Shown in pieces: positions 32,445 to 43,454 of a stretch of DNA of 47,109 nucleotides. The DNA lies in contig CANJMX010000001.1 in NCBI GenBank assembly GCA_947475125.1, forward strand, positions 1 to 47,109, read 5' to 3'. This stretch comes from Actinomycetota bacterium (GTDB lineage Bacteria; Actinomycetota; Thermoleophilia; Miltoncostaeales; Miltoncostaeaceae). The notes under the pieces are model-generated. The model searched no databases, had not been told where the DNA came from, and saw only the letters and a program-made list of their open reading frames with translations. The translations under genes were made by a program, and so were the position numbers. Positions within the stretch are counted from its first letter, which is position 1. Each line of letters opens with the position of its first letter.

Positions 32445-34534
32445 TCCCCGAAATCACCGCAGTCATGCCGTGCTTCGAAGCCGGTGAACTGCTGCTTCGG
32501 GGTATCGACTCACTTCGCCGCCAGACCCTGCCGCCCGCCGAGATTCTCGTCGTGGATGATGCATCACCCGGGAAGGACACCCGTGTCGCGCTCGGGACAG
32601 CCTCGCAGATCCCCACGGTGCGCGTCATCGAGCTGCCACGCAACCGGGGCGTGGCCAATGCCCGCAACACCGGTCTCGACCAGGCGCGCGGTACCCACGC
32701 AGTATTCCTCGATGCCGACGACATGCTCACGAGCGGATCGCTCGCGGCATTTGTCGCCGCGCTCGAGGCTGCCCCGCATAGCGACTTCGCCTACCCTGCC
32801 GTCCAGTGCTTCGGCAACCGGGATGACACCTTCCCGCCACCGCCCTTCAATGCGTATCTGCTGCACTACGTGAACATCTGCCCCATCGCCGCCTTGGTGA
32901 CGAGGCGCGCCATTGATAGTGGCGTCCGGTTCGACCCGGCGATTGACGTAGGGCATGAGGACTGGGACTACTGGCTACGGCTGGTGGCTGCGGATCACAT
33001 GGGCGTGGCCGCACCCGACGCGACGCTGCTCTATCGGCGCATCGGCTTCACACGAATGGACCTGGGTAACCAGATCGAGGGAGGGTTCGAGTCGGTGCTG
33101 CGGCGCCTGCGACCCGAGGTGTTCGACCCTGCACGACTCGCTCGGCTCAAGCGTGAGTGGGCGCCGGGCCTGACCATGCTGAATGACGAGGGCGAATCCG
33201 TCCTTGAGGGGCAGACCTGCATGGACGCGGAGGTGCTGCCGGTCGCTGAGGCCGCGGATTCACGCGGGCGCTACGTACTGGTGGGCGCATCTGACATCGC
33301 GCGCACCGACCCGACGCTGGTCGAGGACATCCTTTCGCTGGCAGACGGCGTGCAGGCTCCGCGATGGGTGGTGACGCTGCATCCAGACGCCGTACGCCCC
33401 GGGTTCTCGTCGGGCCCGCTCAATGCAACCGACCTGCGGGCGGGCTGGGCACGCGACGAGGACGTCACCTCGGTGGCGGTGCGCCGCTCCGCCCTTGACG
33501 TGCCGGCGGGGCTGCCACCCGACACCGCCCAGATCATGTCGGACATCCGGGACGCCTCGATCAGGGCGCCGCAGGAGATCCTCTGGCGCGCGCCGTGGGG
33601 AGGCCTTCAGGCGGCGGCATCCAGCAACGCATCGGCATCGGAGCCCCAACCGGTGCACCGCGACATTCCCGACGGCTGGGCTGCCGAGGTGCTCGACACC
33701 ACACCGAGCGCCACCCCGTGGCGCATCGCCGGGACGGGGCAGGGACTGTTCGGATCACCACCACCGTCGACCACCGTTCCGTTGCTCTGGGTGGATGATG
33801 ACAACGGTGGGCGGGCGCTCTACACCTACGACGAGGGACTCCCCGCCGGGTCGTGCATCGTCGGGGCGGGTCCGGTGCTGGTGCGATTGTCGTCGTACGG
33901 CTGCGAGCCGGTGCTGAGGTGCATTGACCACCGCACGGGCCGACGGCTGATCGCGCAGGACCCACTGCCGCCGGGAGTGACCGCCGAGGCCGTGGTTGGC
34001 TACGCGCCACGCGACATGATGCCCGGCACGCAGCCGCTCCTCGCCCACCACGGCATGGGCAGCCAGCTTCTCGGTGGACGCCTCGATCAACGCGCGCCGG
34101 AGGAGGCCATTGGCGATCACCTTCAGCGACCGCTTCTGGGCGCGCAGCGCCTGTGGCGCCTGCTCGACCCCGCAACCCAACGCCACTTCTACGGGCTGGC
34201 ACCCACGACATTCCGACATCTGGCGCTTCCTCCAGACGGACCACTCGGGGTGCTGCTTCAGCACGCGGCGAAAGGGGATGCATTCCATCCCGTGCACATG
34301 GCACTTGACACAGACGGCCACTTCGCGGGATTGGTGGGTGGTGCGCCGCCGCCAGGGAACCTCATGTGTGGCCCGGTGGCAGGTTGGCTGTATTCAGAAG
34401 ACGGGCTCGGGCGTGAGCCAATGACCACTGCATGGAACCCCGACAGGCAATCGCTGCTTGTTCGCACGATCGCTGATGAGGGAGGCGACGAGGCATTCCG
34501 GCCACACGAGCATCTGGGCTGGGCGCCGAGCTGA
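32441..34534 (+). CDS. GT2 glycosyltransferase with ~450-aa C-terminal repeat-containing extension of unknown function
   Basis: ATG 32441 overlaps the upstream stop, giving 697 aa. Motifs: ITAVMPCFEAGELLL, LVVDDASPGKDT, VFLDADDML. The C-terminal two thirds have no recognisable catalytic motif but contain repeated ~35-40-aa units. Confidence 0.8.
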   Translation: MIPEITAVMPCFEAGELLLRGIDSLRRQTLPPAEILVVDDASPGKDTRVALGTASQIPTVRVIELPRNRGVANARNTGLDQARGTHAVFLDADDMLTSGSLAAFVAALEAAPHSDFAYPAVQCFGNRDDTFPPPPFNAYLLHYVNICPIAALVTRRAIDSGVRFDPAIDVGHEDWDYWLRLVAADHMGVAAPDATLLYRRIGFTRMDLGNQIEGGFESVLRRLRPEVFDPARLARLKREWAPGLTMLNDEGESVLEGQTCMDAEVLPVAEAADSRGRYVLVGASDIARTDPTLVEDILSLADGVQAPRWVVTLHPDAVRPGFSSGPLNATDLRAGWARDEDVTSVAVRRSALDVPAGLPPDTAQIMSDIRDASIRAPQEILWRAPWGGLQAAASSNASASEPQPVHRDIPDGWAAEVLDTTPSATPWRIAGTGQGLFGSPPPSTTVPLLWVDDDNGGRALYTYDEGLPAGSCIVGAGPVLVRLSSYGCEPVLRCIDHRTGRRLIAQDPLPPGVTAEAVVGYAPRDMMPGTQPLLAHHGMGSQLLGGRLDQRAPEEAIGDHLQRPLLGAQRLWRLLDPATQRHFYGLAPTTFRHLALPPDGPLGVLLQHAAKGDAFHPVHMALDTDGHFAGLVGGAPPPGNLMCGPVAGWLYSEDGLGREPMTTAWNPDRQSLLVRTIADEGGDEAFRPHEHLGWAPS

Positions 34535-34553
34535 GGCGGCGGGAACCGGCTGG

Positions 34554-36472
<1,919 letters not shown>

Positions 36473-36481
36473 CACTCTGTG

Positions 36482-36487
36482 ACCGTA
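36482..36487 (-). promoter_or_regulatory. Candidate -10 element (TACGGT) for rmd-gmd, near-leaderless
   Basis: A TAnnnT hexamer on the minus strand lies 9 nt upstream of ATG 36472. Confidence 0.3.
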
Positions 36488-36521
36488 CCAACCTGCGCCG
36501 TGATGCCTGTGTGCGCCCCGG

Positions 36522-36527
36522 TAGACT
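36522..36527 (+). promoter_or_regulatory. Candidate -10 element (TAGACT) placed for a leaderless transcript starting at GTG 36536
   Basis: A TAnnnT hexamer lies 8 nt upstream of an in-frame GTG of the ppm1-like gene. Confidence 0.3.
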
Positions 36528-36535
36528 CGCCCAAC

Positions 36536-37291
36536 GTGAGCGATGGTGCCGAAGACGGGCACGGCAACCCCGTGGTGTGGGTGTGCCTTCCCACCTACAA
36601 CGAGTGCGAGAACCTGCGTCTGATGGTCGCCGGCCTTCTGGCTGTCTTCGACGGCAGTGGCATCGACGGGCACGTGCTGGTGATCGACGACGACTCACCC
36701 GACGGCACTGGCCGCATTGCCGACGAGGCCGCGGCGGGCGATGCCCGTATAGCTGTTCTTCACCGCACCAAAAGGGAGGGTCTCGGCCCCGCCTACTGTG
36801 ACGGGTTCCGTGACGTCCTCTCCCGCGGCGCCGATCTCATCGTCGAGATGGACTGCGACTTCTCGCACGATCCTGCCGCCCTCCCATCGCTCATCCGTGC
36901 GGCGTCAAACGCGGATCTGGTCCTCGGGTCGCGATACGTCACCGGCGGGCACATCGAGAACTGGGGCATCGTGCGGCGGGCGATTAGCCGGGGCGGTTCC
37001 GCCTACGCCCGTCTGGTGCTGCGCGTTCAGCCGCACGATCTCACCGGCGGGTTCAAATGCTTCCGCAGGCAGGTACTCGAGGCCATCCCCCTCGACGAGG
37101 TCGCGGCTGCGGGCTATGTGTTCCAGGTGGAGATGACCTACAGGGCGATCCTTCTGGGCTTCACTGTGTGCGAGGTGCCCATCACCTTTCGCGACCGCGT
37201 GGATGGCACGTCGAAGATGTCAAAGGGCATCATTCTCGAGGCGGCGCGGTACGTGCCGCGACTGCGACGACAACTCGGGCGGCGGCGATGA
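36536..37291 (+). CDS. ppm1: Polyprenol-monophosphomannose synthase-like GT2 (Dpm1/Ppm1 family)
   Basis: Motifs: VWVCLPTYNECENL, VIDDDSPDGT, MDCDFSHDP, LVLGSRY. The start is GTG 36536 (favoured by the -10 spacing) or ATG 36503. The 5' two thirds of track ORF 35534..37291 lie antisense to rmd and are not coding. Confidence 0.85.
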   Translation: MSDGAEDGHGNPVVWVCLPTYNECENLRLMVAGLLAVFDGSGIDGHVLVIDDDSPDGTGRIADEAAAGDARIAVLHRTKREGLGPAYCDGFRDVLSRGADLIVEMDCDFSHDPAALPSLIRAASNADLVLGSRYVTGGHIENWGIVRRAISRGGSAYARLVLRVQPHDLTGGFKCFRRQVLEAIPLDEVAAAGYVFQVEMTYRAILLGFTVCEVPITFRDRVDGTSKMSKGIILEAARYVPRLRRQLGRRR

Positions 37292-37749
37292 GGCCGGCGG
37301 TTGTCGCGACGCTGACGGCTGTAGCACTGACCTGCGCACTCGGCACGGCAACGGCATCGCCGCGACAAGTAGTCGCCGACTATTTCACGAACGGGCGCCT
37401 GGATTACGCGTACCCGGTAGCCGATCTACGCGGCTCGCTGACATACGTGCGGCGTCATCGCAACACTGCGCCCCAGTACGCCGCGTTCGCCGATGCCGTG
37501 AACCAGGCGATCACCGATGCCGTCGTCGGCTCCGGTCCAGCCGCGCAGCAACAGCTCACAACCCCGCGGTCGCGAACAGACATCGCCCCGGCGCCGGCAC
37601 CCGAGCCCCCACCGTCGGGGCTTCCGCAGCCGCCACAGGGCGCGCCGACGCTCGACGTGCCATGGGCGCTTCCCATAATCGCGATCATTGCTGCCCTGCT
37701 GCTGCTCGCGGGCATCGGGTCATCGCTCTGGCGCCGCATGCGACGATAG
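37288..37749 (+). CDS. Secreted, C-terminally membrane-anchored protein of unknown function
   Basis: ATG 37288 overlaps the ppm1 stop (ATGA), giving 153 aa. The signal-peptide-like N-terminus is MRPAVVATLTAVALTCALGTATA. A Pro-rich linker follows, then the C-terminal helix WALPIIAIIAALLLLAGIGSSLW and RRMRR. Confidence 0.6.
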   Translation: MRPAVVATLTAVALTCALGTATASPRQVVADYFTNGRLDYAYPVADLRGSLTYVRRHRNTAPQYAAFADAVNQAITDAVVGSGPAAQQQLTTPRSRTDIAPAPAPEPPPSGLPQPPQGAPTLDVPWALPIIAIIAALLLLAGIGSSLWRRMRR

Positions 37750-37754
37750 GAATC

Positions 37755-38597
37755 ATGCACTTCATTGGAACCGACACATACATCGCATCGCCAGACCTGC
37801 AGGCCGCCGTGAACGTGGCCGTGGCACTCGAGCGCCCGCTGCTGGTGCGAGGCGAGCCCGGTACTGGAAAGACCCTGCTTGCCGAGGCCGTCGCCGAAGC
37901 GCTGGGCATGCCCCTCATCACCTGGCCGGTGAAGAGCACGACGCGCGCCCAAGATGGCCTGTACGTGTACGACACCGTCCAGCGCCTGTACGACAGCCAG
38001 TTCGGGGAGGGCGACCCGGCCGACGTGGCCAAGTACATCCGCCTGGGGCAACTGGGTGAGTCGTTCGCAGCACCCGAGCGCGTGGTACTGGTGATCGACG
38101 AGGTGGACAAGGCTGATCTGGAGTTCCCCAACGATCTGCTGTGGGAACTCGACCGCATGTCGTTTCAGATCCCCGAAACCGGCGCGACGGTGTCGGCGGT
38201 GCAGCGACCGGTCGTGATCATCACCAGCAACGCCGAGAAGGAGTTGCCCGACGCCTTTCTTCGTCGCTGCGTATTCCACTACATCGCGTTCCCCGACCAC
38301 GCACAGATGGAGCGCATCGTGCGGGTGCATCACCCGGGCCTCGATGAGCGCCTGATCCAGGCGGCCATGGAGGGCTTCTACCTGCTGCGTGAGATGGACG
38401 GGCTGCAGAAGCGCCCGAGTACATCTGAGCTGGTGGATTGGGTTCAGGCGCTGGCGGTGGCCGGCGTGGACCCGGCGAAGATCGTGGATGAACTGCCCTT
38501 TATGGGGGTGGTGCTCAAGAAGCAGGCCGACCTCGACATCGCGCGCAGGCACATGAGCATCCGTGCCCGCCGGTCGGCAAGCGCGGACAGGGGCTAG
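37755..38597 (+). CDS. MoxR-type AAA+ ATPase (CoxD-like)
   Basis: ATG 37755 follows AGGA, giving 280 aa. Walker A is GEPGTGKT and Walker B is VLVIDEVDKA. ..VVIITSNAEKELPDAFLRRCVFHYIAFP.. is typical of MoxR family ATPases. Confidence 0.88.
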   Translation: MHFIGTDTYIASPDLQAAVNVAVALERPLLVRGEPGTGKTLLAEAVAEALGMPLITWPVKSTTRAQDGLYVYDTVQRLYDSQFGEGDPADVAKYIRLGQLGESFAAPERVVLVIDEVDKADLEFPNDLLWELDRMSFQIPETGATVSAVQRPVVIITSNAEKELPDAFLRRCVFHYIAFPDHAQMERIVRVHHPGLDERLIQAAMEGFYLLREMDGLQKRPSTSELVDWVQALAVAGVDPAKIVDELPFMGVVLKKQADLDIARRHMSIRARRSASADRG

Positions 38598-38642
38598 ACG
38601 TGCCAAGGCAAGTCTGCTGCGCATCAGACGAGTCACGCTGAC

Positions 38643-40280
38643 ATGATCAATTGGTTTCATGCTGCGCTGACTCGCGTGCGCCGCAACGTCATGAGCGCAA
38701 CGATCTTGCGTTCTCTCTCCCGCCGCGAGACTCTTGCCGCGTTTGCCGCGACGATGGGATTCGCTTGGCTTGCGTTTGGCTCATATGCGCTTCAAGGCGG
38801 GATCTTTTCCGATCAGTGGGATGAACTTGCAACCCAGCGCTTCATCCGGAGTGGAGACCTCGGCGCTCGGCTCGCATCGTGCGTCAACGGAGATGCGATC
38901 ACATCCCTTCCCGGTGCGTGCCTAATCCAGAACATCGCGTATGCAGCGTTCGGCGAGCACGGGAAGCTGTATGCGGCGACGGCGCTCATAGGCTTCGGGG
39001 TCATCCTTGGCTTGTTCTATGTCGTACTTCGCGCCGCGCGGGTCGCCCCACTCTGGGGAGCAGGTGCAGTGGCGCTCGTCGCGACGTTCCAAGGCGCCGA
39101 CAGCCTGCGCCTCTGGCCAATGCTCGCCGCGGAAGCGATGCTGATCTCGTTCCTCGCCGGCCTGCTGCTCGCAGCCCTGGCTGTGAGGTCGACGACGACT
39201 GGGCGCCTTTGGGCACTCGGCGCAGCCGCCACTGCCCTGCTGATCATCTCAAGCACCTTCTACCAGACGATTGCAGGCGTTACACCTGTTGCGATCGCGT
39301 ACATCTGGATCGTCGATCGTCGCGTGGCACGCGCTGTCATAATCGGCGGGGCCGCCACCATTGGGGCGGTGATCATCAGTTACTTCCGGGCCACCAGCTC
39401 AGGAAGGATCGCCTCGCGGACGATTGGGGGGACGCTTGACCACGCCGCGCAAGTCGTCCGAGGGACCGTCGATTCCTGGGTAGATGCATTCATGAGATTT
39501 CCTGCCCCGGCGTGGTGGGCCGTGGGCATCATCCTCATCTGCGCGGCACTGGGAACTGTTTTGGCGTGGCATGTCGACGGCTGCAGCCAAATAGTTCGAT
39601 CTGCTTGGACGATGCTCGCACTGGGTGCTGTGGTGTCGCTGCTCGGGACGGCTTCACTCATCCCGACCGACGACTTCTACGTCCCACGGCCGTACGGGCT
39701 CGACAACCGGATGCTCATCGTCGCCCAGTTCGGCTATGCCCTCGTGGCGATCGGACTCTTTGCATTCGTGGGCCTCATCGTTGCAGGCATCCTTGGGCGT
39801 CCCGAAGGCGCAGTGGGCGCAGCCGTCACACTGGTGGTGATCAGTTCCGTACTTGGTCTCAACGCATCATTCACCAGCCGCGATCTGTGGACGCAGTCGT
39901 GGGAGCGTCAACTTCACATTCTGGACGTCATAAATCGAACGGTTCCAAGGGTTCGTCCAAATGAAGTCATCATGACCTTCGGACACAGTCTTTATGAGCC
40001 GAATTGGCTCCCGATATTTGTCCAGCCTTGGGAACTGGCCTCGGCAATTAAGATCTCGCGCGACAACCCGACCGCCAGTGGGTATCCCATCTCTGGATGG
40101 ACCTGCGTCGCCGATGGGCTGAGCCGCGTCGGGCCTGGCGGCAAGCCGCCTGCAAAGGCCGAACTGACCTGGGACGACCTCGTCTTCGTCAACGTGGCGC
40201 TGAATGGTGCCGAGAAACCACGGGGCCTGCGCGACTGCCTGCACCTCCAGCGGGATTGGGGAACGAACCCCACGTTTTAG
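38643..40280 (+). CDS. Polytopic membrane protein, third GT-C-like candidate (unrelated in sequence to the other two)
   Basis: 545-aa ORF (alternative start ATG 38691) with many hydrophobic helices. The acidic motif GGIFSDQWDE follows TM1. A ~130-aa non-hydrophobic C-terminal domain is present. It is followed after 10 nt by a Dpm1/GtrB-like GT2. Confidence 0.55.
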   Translation: MINWFHAALTRVRRNVMSATILRSLSRRETLAAFAATMGFAWLAFGSYALQGGIFSDQWDELATQRFIRSGDLGARLASCVNGDAITSLPGACLIQNIAYAAFGEHGKLYAATALIGFGVILGLFYVVLRAARVAPLWGAGAVALVATFQGADSLRLWPMLAAEAMLISFLAGLLLAALAVRSTTTGRLWALGAAATALLIISSTFYQTIAGVTPVAIAYIWIVDRRVARAVIIGGAATIGAVIISYFRATSSGRIASRTIGGTLDHAAQVVRGTVDSWVDAFMRFPAPAWWAVGIILICAALGTVLAWHVDGCSQIVRSAWTMLALGAVVSLLGTASLIPTDDFYVPRPYGLDNRMLIVAQFGYALVAIGLFAFVGLIVAGILGRPEGAVGAAVTLVVISSVLGLNASFTSRDLWTQSWERQLHILDVINRTVPRVRPNEVIMTFGHSLYEPNWLPIFVQPWELASAIKISRDNPTASGYPISGWTCVADGLSRVGPGGKPPAKAELTWDDLVFVNVALNGAEKPRGLRDCLHLQRDWGTNPTF

Positions 40281-40290
40281 GGGAGCACCG

Positions 40291-41061
40291 ATGACAACCA
40301 ACAGCAACCCCAGCACGACGACCGGCGGCGAACCGGACGAGCTCATTCTTTCAGTAGTGATGCCCGCCTTCAACGAGGCGCACGTCGTCGGCGAGGCGAT
40401 TGATGCCGTCGTCGGAGTCCTGACCGCACACGCCATTGGATTCGAGGTAATCGTCGTCTCCGACGGCAGTACCGACGACACCGCGGATGCCGCGCGCACT
40501 CGAGCCTCGGAATCCGTCTCGGTCGTCGAGTACACGGCCAACCGGGGCAAGGGGAATGCGCTCACCCAGGGCTCGCTTCTCGCACGAGGCCGATGGGTTG
40601 CATGGATCGACGCCGATCTCGACCTTGATGCAGCCCTTCTCCCGGAGTACTTGGCGGCAGCGGAGGATGGGGGCCTCGACGCAATCATCGGATCGAAGCG
40701 ACATCCCGGGTCGATCGTGGACTACCCGCGGTCCAGGCGCATGGGGTCAGTGGCCTACCAGACACTCGTGCGCATTCTCTTCGGCCTGCATGTGCGCGAC
40801 ACGCAAGTGGGGCTGAAACTTTTCCGCCGCGAGGTACTCGCGGCGGTCCTGCCCAAGGTCCTAGTCAAGCAATATGCCTTCGATCTGGAGGTGCTCGCGC
40901 TTGCCCGGCACTTCGGCTTCTCGCGCATCGAGGAAGGGCCCGTTGTAATCCGGTATCAGTTCAGCGGATCCGGGGTTGACGTCAGGGCGATCACTCGAGC
41001 ACTGTGGGACACGGCCGCCGTCTTCTACCGCATGCGCATCCTCAGGTACTACGACCGATAA
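40291..41061 (+). CDS. GT2 polyprenyl-phosphate-sugar synthase-like (Dpm1/GtrB family)
   Basis: ATG 40291 is preceded by GGGAG with 6-nt spacing, giving 256 aa. Motifs: LSVVMPAFNEAHVVGEAI, VVSDGSTDDT, WIDADLDLD. Confidence 0.8.
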   Translation: MTTNSNPSTTTGGEPDELILSVVMPAFNEAHVVGEAIDAVVGVLTAHAIGFEVIVVSDGSTDDTADAARTRASESVSVVEYTANRGKGNALTQGSLLARGRWVAWIDADLDLDAALLPEYLAAAEDGGLDAIIGSKRHPGSIVDYPRSRRMGSVAYQTLVRILFGLHVRDTQVGLKLFRREVLAAVLPKVLVKQYAFDLEVLALARHFGFSRIEEGPVVIRYQFSGSGVDVRAITRALWDTAAVFYRMRILRYYDR

Positions 41062-41072
41062 CTACCGGGTGC

Positions 41073-42119
41073 CTACTGGCGCCAGCCGGATCGGTCGAAC
41101 TCCGACGGGGCACGGAAGCCCCGGATCACGCCGCCAACGTATGTCAGCAACGTGATCCACGCGATGAGGATATGGAGGAAGACCGCGGGATCATGTGTGC
41201 GTCGCCAGCCGCGCATCGCATCAATCACGAGGGGGAACACCAAGACCGTCGATACGATGAAGCGCACGATGCCCCGACGCTGCCGACCCCAGCCGTAGGA
41301 ACGTGCGGACGTGGATCGATGGCACATGAAGTCGTCCACCCGACGGCGCGTCTTACGCCTATAGGTGGCGACGTCGCGGCAGAAGAGATGCACGATGGGT
41401 ACATCCACGAGTGCCACCACGAGATGGCCGCCACGGATGAGACCCGCCGCGACGTCGATGTCAAAGAAGTAGGGCTGGTCACGGACCTCGTCGGGGAGGA
41501 CATCCGCGCGAAATGCAAAGCCGTTTGCTCCGAGCGTTGGGATTGCATCGGGATCGATGATGACGCGCGTCCAACCCGAACGGCGCTCCTCGACATGTGC
41601 GCATCCCGTCCAGGTGCCGGTGAACACCGAGAGGCGATCGTAGTTGCCCGCGTACACGGTGAGCGGATCCCCCGCGCCCAACAGAGCGTTGTAGCGGATG
41701 AGTGCCGGGTCGGAGCGCCGGTACGCAAACGACTTCGACTGCGACCCCCAGACCTCGGGATCGATGAACGGCGCGACGATGCGAGTGAGCCAGTCACTGC
41801 CGACGAGGATGTTGTCGGAGTCGAGGAGGAGGATGATCTCGCCCGTCGCCTCCCGAATCGCGAAGGCCTTGCCGGACTCTCCAGTCCGGAGGGGATTGGG
41901 GATAACTCCGCTGATCCCATGGCGGCGTGCGATTTCAATCGTGCTGTCCGTTGAGCCACCATCCGCGATAAGTAACTCCACTCGGTCACGCGGGTAGTCC
42001 TGAACCATGACCGATGACAGGCACTCGTCGAGATAGGCCTCAGCGTTGAGAGTGGGGATAACGATCGAAACGGTGGGCCGGCGATCGTCATTCGTCAGAT
42101 CTCGCGGCAGCGAAGTCAT
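41073..42119 (-). CDS. GT2 glycosyltransferase with C-terminal membrane helices
   Basis: 348 aa. Motifs: VSIVIPTLNAEAYLDECL, LIADGGSTDST, LLLDSDNIL. The C-terminus has hydrophobic helices (IVRFIVSTVLVFPLVI.., VFLHILIAWITLLTYVGGVI). Confidence 0.8.
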   Translation of the reverse strand: MTSLPRDLTNDDRRPTVSIVIPTLNAEAYLDECLSSVMVQDYPRDRVELLIADGGSTDSTIEIARRHGISGVIPNPLRTGESGKAFAIREATGEIILLLDSDNILVGSDWLTRIVAPFIDPEVWGSQSKSFAYRRSDPALIRYNALLGAGDPLTVYAGNYDRLSVFTGTWTGCAHVEERRSGWTRVIIDPDAIPTLGANGFAFRADVLPDEVRDQPYFFDIDVAAGLIRGGHLVVALVDVPIVHLFCRDVATYRRKTRRRVDDFMCHRSTSARSYGWGRQRRGIVRFIVSTVLVFPLVIDAMRGWRRTHDPAVFLHILIAWITLLTYVGGVIRGFRAPSEFDRSGWRQ

Positions 42120-43219
42120 ACGGCATCAACCCGCGACTGGAGCGCCGCCTCGAATTCCGTCGAGGTGCGCTCCCAGGTAAGCTCCCGGGTGCGAATACGT
42201 GCCCCTTCGCTCAATCGACTCCACAGCGCATGATCGCCCGTCAGCAGACCGATGCCCTGAGCGAGTGCACGCGGGGTCGGGTCGACCACAATTCCGGTGA
42301 CGCCATCGATCGTCGAATCCACAAGTCCCGGACACCTGTAGACAACGCTTGGCGTTCCAAGAGCACCCGCTTCAGTCACTGACATCCCCCATCCCTCGCG
42401 AACCGACGTCATCACCACCGCCGCGGCGCGGCCCAGGACCACATCCCGTGCCTCGGCCTCGAGGAAGTCATGAAACACCACCTGACCGGTGATGCCGAGG
42501 CGCGATGCCTCGCGCTTCAGCGATTCCTTGACGGCGACCGGACCCCTTCCGACGATGTCCAAGTGCATCTCGGTACCGGAGCGCGCGAGTTCCGCAATTG
42601 CTTTGATCGCATGATCAACCCGCTTCGACGGCGCAAGTCGCCCGACATAGGCAACGCGCTTGTAGTTCCGCTCCTGCTCAGCCGCCGCCGCTCGCGGTGC
42701 GATTGACAACCCTGGCGCGATCACGAGTATCTGGGCGGGGGCGTATCCAAACCGCATGAGATCGTGCTTCGTTGAGTCTGACAGAACGATGGCGCTCGAT
42801 CGTGCACACGAGAGAAGGAATGGCTCGCTGGCGCGGCCGATCCGCCCAACACCCCGCGGTGCCTCCCAGTCCCAGACCTCACCCGCGATCTGGTGGATAC
42901 AGAGCATCACGGGAACTCTCGACCAAAGGCGCGCCCAGTACGGGAGCGTATTGATCTCCTCCACGATGACGTCAAATCCGGCACTCCGTCGGCGGGCGAA
43001 CAAGGCCGCGTGGACACGCGTGAGGACCGCGCCACCGCGCCGGACAACGCGAACGCCCTCCAGCACCTCCTCCCTGGGCACGCCGGGTGCAGCACCTACG
43101 AACAACGTGACCTCGTGTCCACGAGCTGCTAGGCGCCTTGTAACTTCCTGCGTGTAGACCTCCGCGCCGCCAGCTCGCGGGTGACGCGTGTCACGCCAGC
43201 TCATCCACAGGATCCGCAC
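42116..43219 (-). CDS. GT4-family glycosyltransferase
   Basis: The start is taken at GTG 43219 (VRILWMSWRDTRHPRAGGAEVYTQEV), the canonical GT4 N-terminus. The track ORF starts at TTG 43255. GT4 motif: VMTSVREGWGMSVTEAGALGTPSVV. Confidence 0.8.
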   Translation of the reverse strand: MRILWMSWRDTRHPRAGGAEVYTQEVTRRLAARGHEVTLFVGAAPGVPREEVLEGVRVVRRGGAVLTRVHAALFARRRSAGFDVIVEEINTLPYWARLWSRVPVMLCIHQIAGEVWDWEAPRGVGRIGRASEPFLLSCARSSAIVLSDSTKHDLMRFGYAPAQILVIAPGLSIAPRAAAAEQERNYKRVAYVGRLAPSKRVDHAIKAIAELARSGTEMHLDIVGRGPVAVKESLKREASRLGITGQVVFHDFLEAEARDVVLGRAAAVVMTSVREGWGMSVTEAGALGTPSVVYRCPGLVDSTIDGVTGIVVDPTPRALAQGIGLLTGDHALWSRLSEGARIRTRELTWERTSTEFEAALQSRVDAV

Positions 43220-43454
43220 TACGTGCGAGCCATCGCAGGGGGGACTCCGCCGCAAGCGCAGCGGCGTCCGTACGTACTCATCAACTCGCCGGGGAAAACC
43301 ACTCTGTTAGGGTAGCGATTCGTCATTGACGAGCAGGTTCATAGGGCGGTGCCTCCGATGCATGCGTCATCCGTGAGGTCCTGAAGACGGCTGAGCAACG
43401 CACCCTGAGAACACCCGCGGGCCCCTTGAACACCCCATTGGCGAACGCGAGCAC

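Noticed and set aside
37203-37754. 5' 184 codons of track ORF 37203..38597 (extended MoxR)
   Set aside because: It overlaps the ppm1 3' end and the whole 37288..37749 gene in another frame, with Arg-rich low complexity. ATG 37755 has an AGGA just upstream and gives a normal-length MoxR.
37755-38597. MoxR plus VWA as a candidate novel defence or stress system
   Set aside because: The pair is a widespread housekeeping-type chaperone module. Only 56 codons of the VWA gene are visible, and nothing else nearby (nuclease, protease, effector) supports a defence role. The notable point is its interruption, which is reported as a finding.
38612-38629. Possible terminator hairpin (GTCTG-n8-CAGAC) after the MoxR gene at the islet's left edge
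   Set aside because: It has only a 5-bp stem, a large loop and no T-tract, so it is indistinguishable from chance.
37455-38660. 401-aa minus-strand ORF antisense to the MoxR ATPase gene
   Set aside because: Shadow ORF. The plus strand has Walker A/B and a Shine-Dalgarno-preceded ATG.
43308-43331. TAGGGT / TTGACG hexamers in the islet's divergent spacer as promoter elements
   Set aside because: Their spacing to each other and to either start codon fits neither a -35/-10 pair nor the leaderless pattern seen elsewhere. The region (43220..43454) is probably regulatory, but I cannot place the elements.
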